A stretch of DNA of 64,000 nt, from the IMG/VR virus record IMGVR_UViG_3300021420_000014; one strand, given 5' to 3'. This DNA is from a virus. Below the pieces are notes generated by a model, which was not told where the DNA came from, ran no database searches, and was given only the letters and a program-made list of their open reading frames with translations. The position numbers and the translations under genes are program-made. This document shows positions 63,194 to 64,000 of this stretch, one piece after another; position 1 is the stretch's first letter; each line of letters begins with the position of its first letter.

Positions 63194-63903
63194 TGATTAA
63201 ACAACTCGCAATGTCATTGCTGTTTTGTCTAGCCTTCATTCCAGAAGCTCACGCCTGGACCAAAATTCAGGTGGCGCACATTGCTGCTAGCTGCTCGGTT
63301 AGCCCTTGTGTCGTTTCTCTTGCAGCGACCGGAGCAAACCATCTTCTTGTGGTTGGATTCGAAGATAATTCTTTCAGTGATGTAATGGGTGCGCCACCTG
63401 CTAGTGCTTGTGCCATTCCTTGGGTACATGCCCCTAATGCCCCAGCTATTTACGTACCAGCGGGAGACGTAAACGACGCTTATTATTGCTTGCAATCGAA
63501 CGGCGGCATTACCTCGTTTAGTCAGCCAGTCACGACTTTTACGGGCGCAGCCGACGTGATTGTGTGGGAAGCGGCATCAGGACTCGCGGTCGTTGCGCTT
63601 GATGCTGGCGGCAAGCTTCAGGATACGACTTGCACGTCGTGCGCGGGAGTTCCGCTAACCCTTTCAGGCAACAGTGATTTCATCATCGCCTTGGCTGGAG
63701 GGACGGTAGTCGTCTCCGGGCTCACAGGTACGGGTTTCACCTATGAAGGCACGACTGGATTCGGTGATGGGTTCGCTACTGGCCTGACCACGGGATCACT
63801 GACTGCACCGACAACGTGGACCGGATCGAGCGGCCTACTCAGTGTTTATGCATTGGCAATTCAAGAAGTCGGGCCAAGTGATGGTGGCGTAATCACTTTC
63901 TAG
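63193..63903 (+). CDS. protein with signal peptide, ends VITF
   Basis: MIKQLAMSLLFCLAFIPEAHA. Confidence 0.7.
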   Translation: MIKQLAMSLLFCLAFIPEAHAWTKIQVAHIAASCSVSPCVVSLAATGANHLLVVGFEDNSFSDVMGAPPASACAIPWVHAPNAPAIYVPAGDVNDAYYCLQSNGGITSFSQPVTTFTGAADVIVWEAASGLAVVALDAGGKLQDTTCTSCAGVPLTLSGNSDFIIALAGGTVVVSGLTGTGFTYEGTTGFGDGFATGLTTGSLTAPTTWTGSSGLLSVYALAIQEVGPSDGGVITF

Positions 63904-64000
63904 CGCGATGCGTGAGGCAATTGTCTATTGAACGAGAATGGCCGCGATCACTTTATTCCTTCGCTCAACCGCTTCCGGTGTAGTCAGCAGTAATGCCAGT

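Overview
Almost entirely + strand segment of a large tailed phage (or prophage) genome; the host is possibly an Acidobacterium (inference only). No terminase or integrase is in the window. Layout: (1) 1-11 kb, small accessory genes (ASCH proteins, peptide deformylase, LuxR-type regulator, GIY-YIG endonuclease, dual-specificity phosphatase, and a small protein ending in Gly-Gly with a Cys-His-Pro partner). (2) 11-15.3 kb, intein-containing portal fused to a 2H phosphoesterase, and a gpF-like head protein. (3) 15.4-37.7 kb, a ~22 kb accessory island that splits the head module. It holds an OmpA/ABC-transporter module, vWA + PurA-like genes, a Ro60/TROVE gene followed by FIVE tandem Y RNAs, a permuted two-piece tmRNA overlapped by a LAGLIDADG ORF, and an array of 34 conventional tRNAs (all 20 amino acids) plus 3 aberrant tRNA-like RNAs, orphan structured RNAs and twin micro-peptides. 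(4) 37.8-42.5 kb, prohead protease, scaffold, and a major capsid protein with a CFI-box-CTERM-like tail. (5) 43-55 kb, glycosyl-/methyltransferase cluster interleaved with head-tail genes. (6) 55.8-64 kb, Cys/Gly-rich proteins with signal peptides and shared C-terminal motifs. A near-palindromic operator (TAAGCGTTTA) recurs at seven promoter regions. All calls are by eye from motifs and base pairing; no database searches were run.
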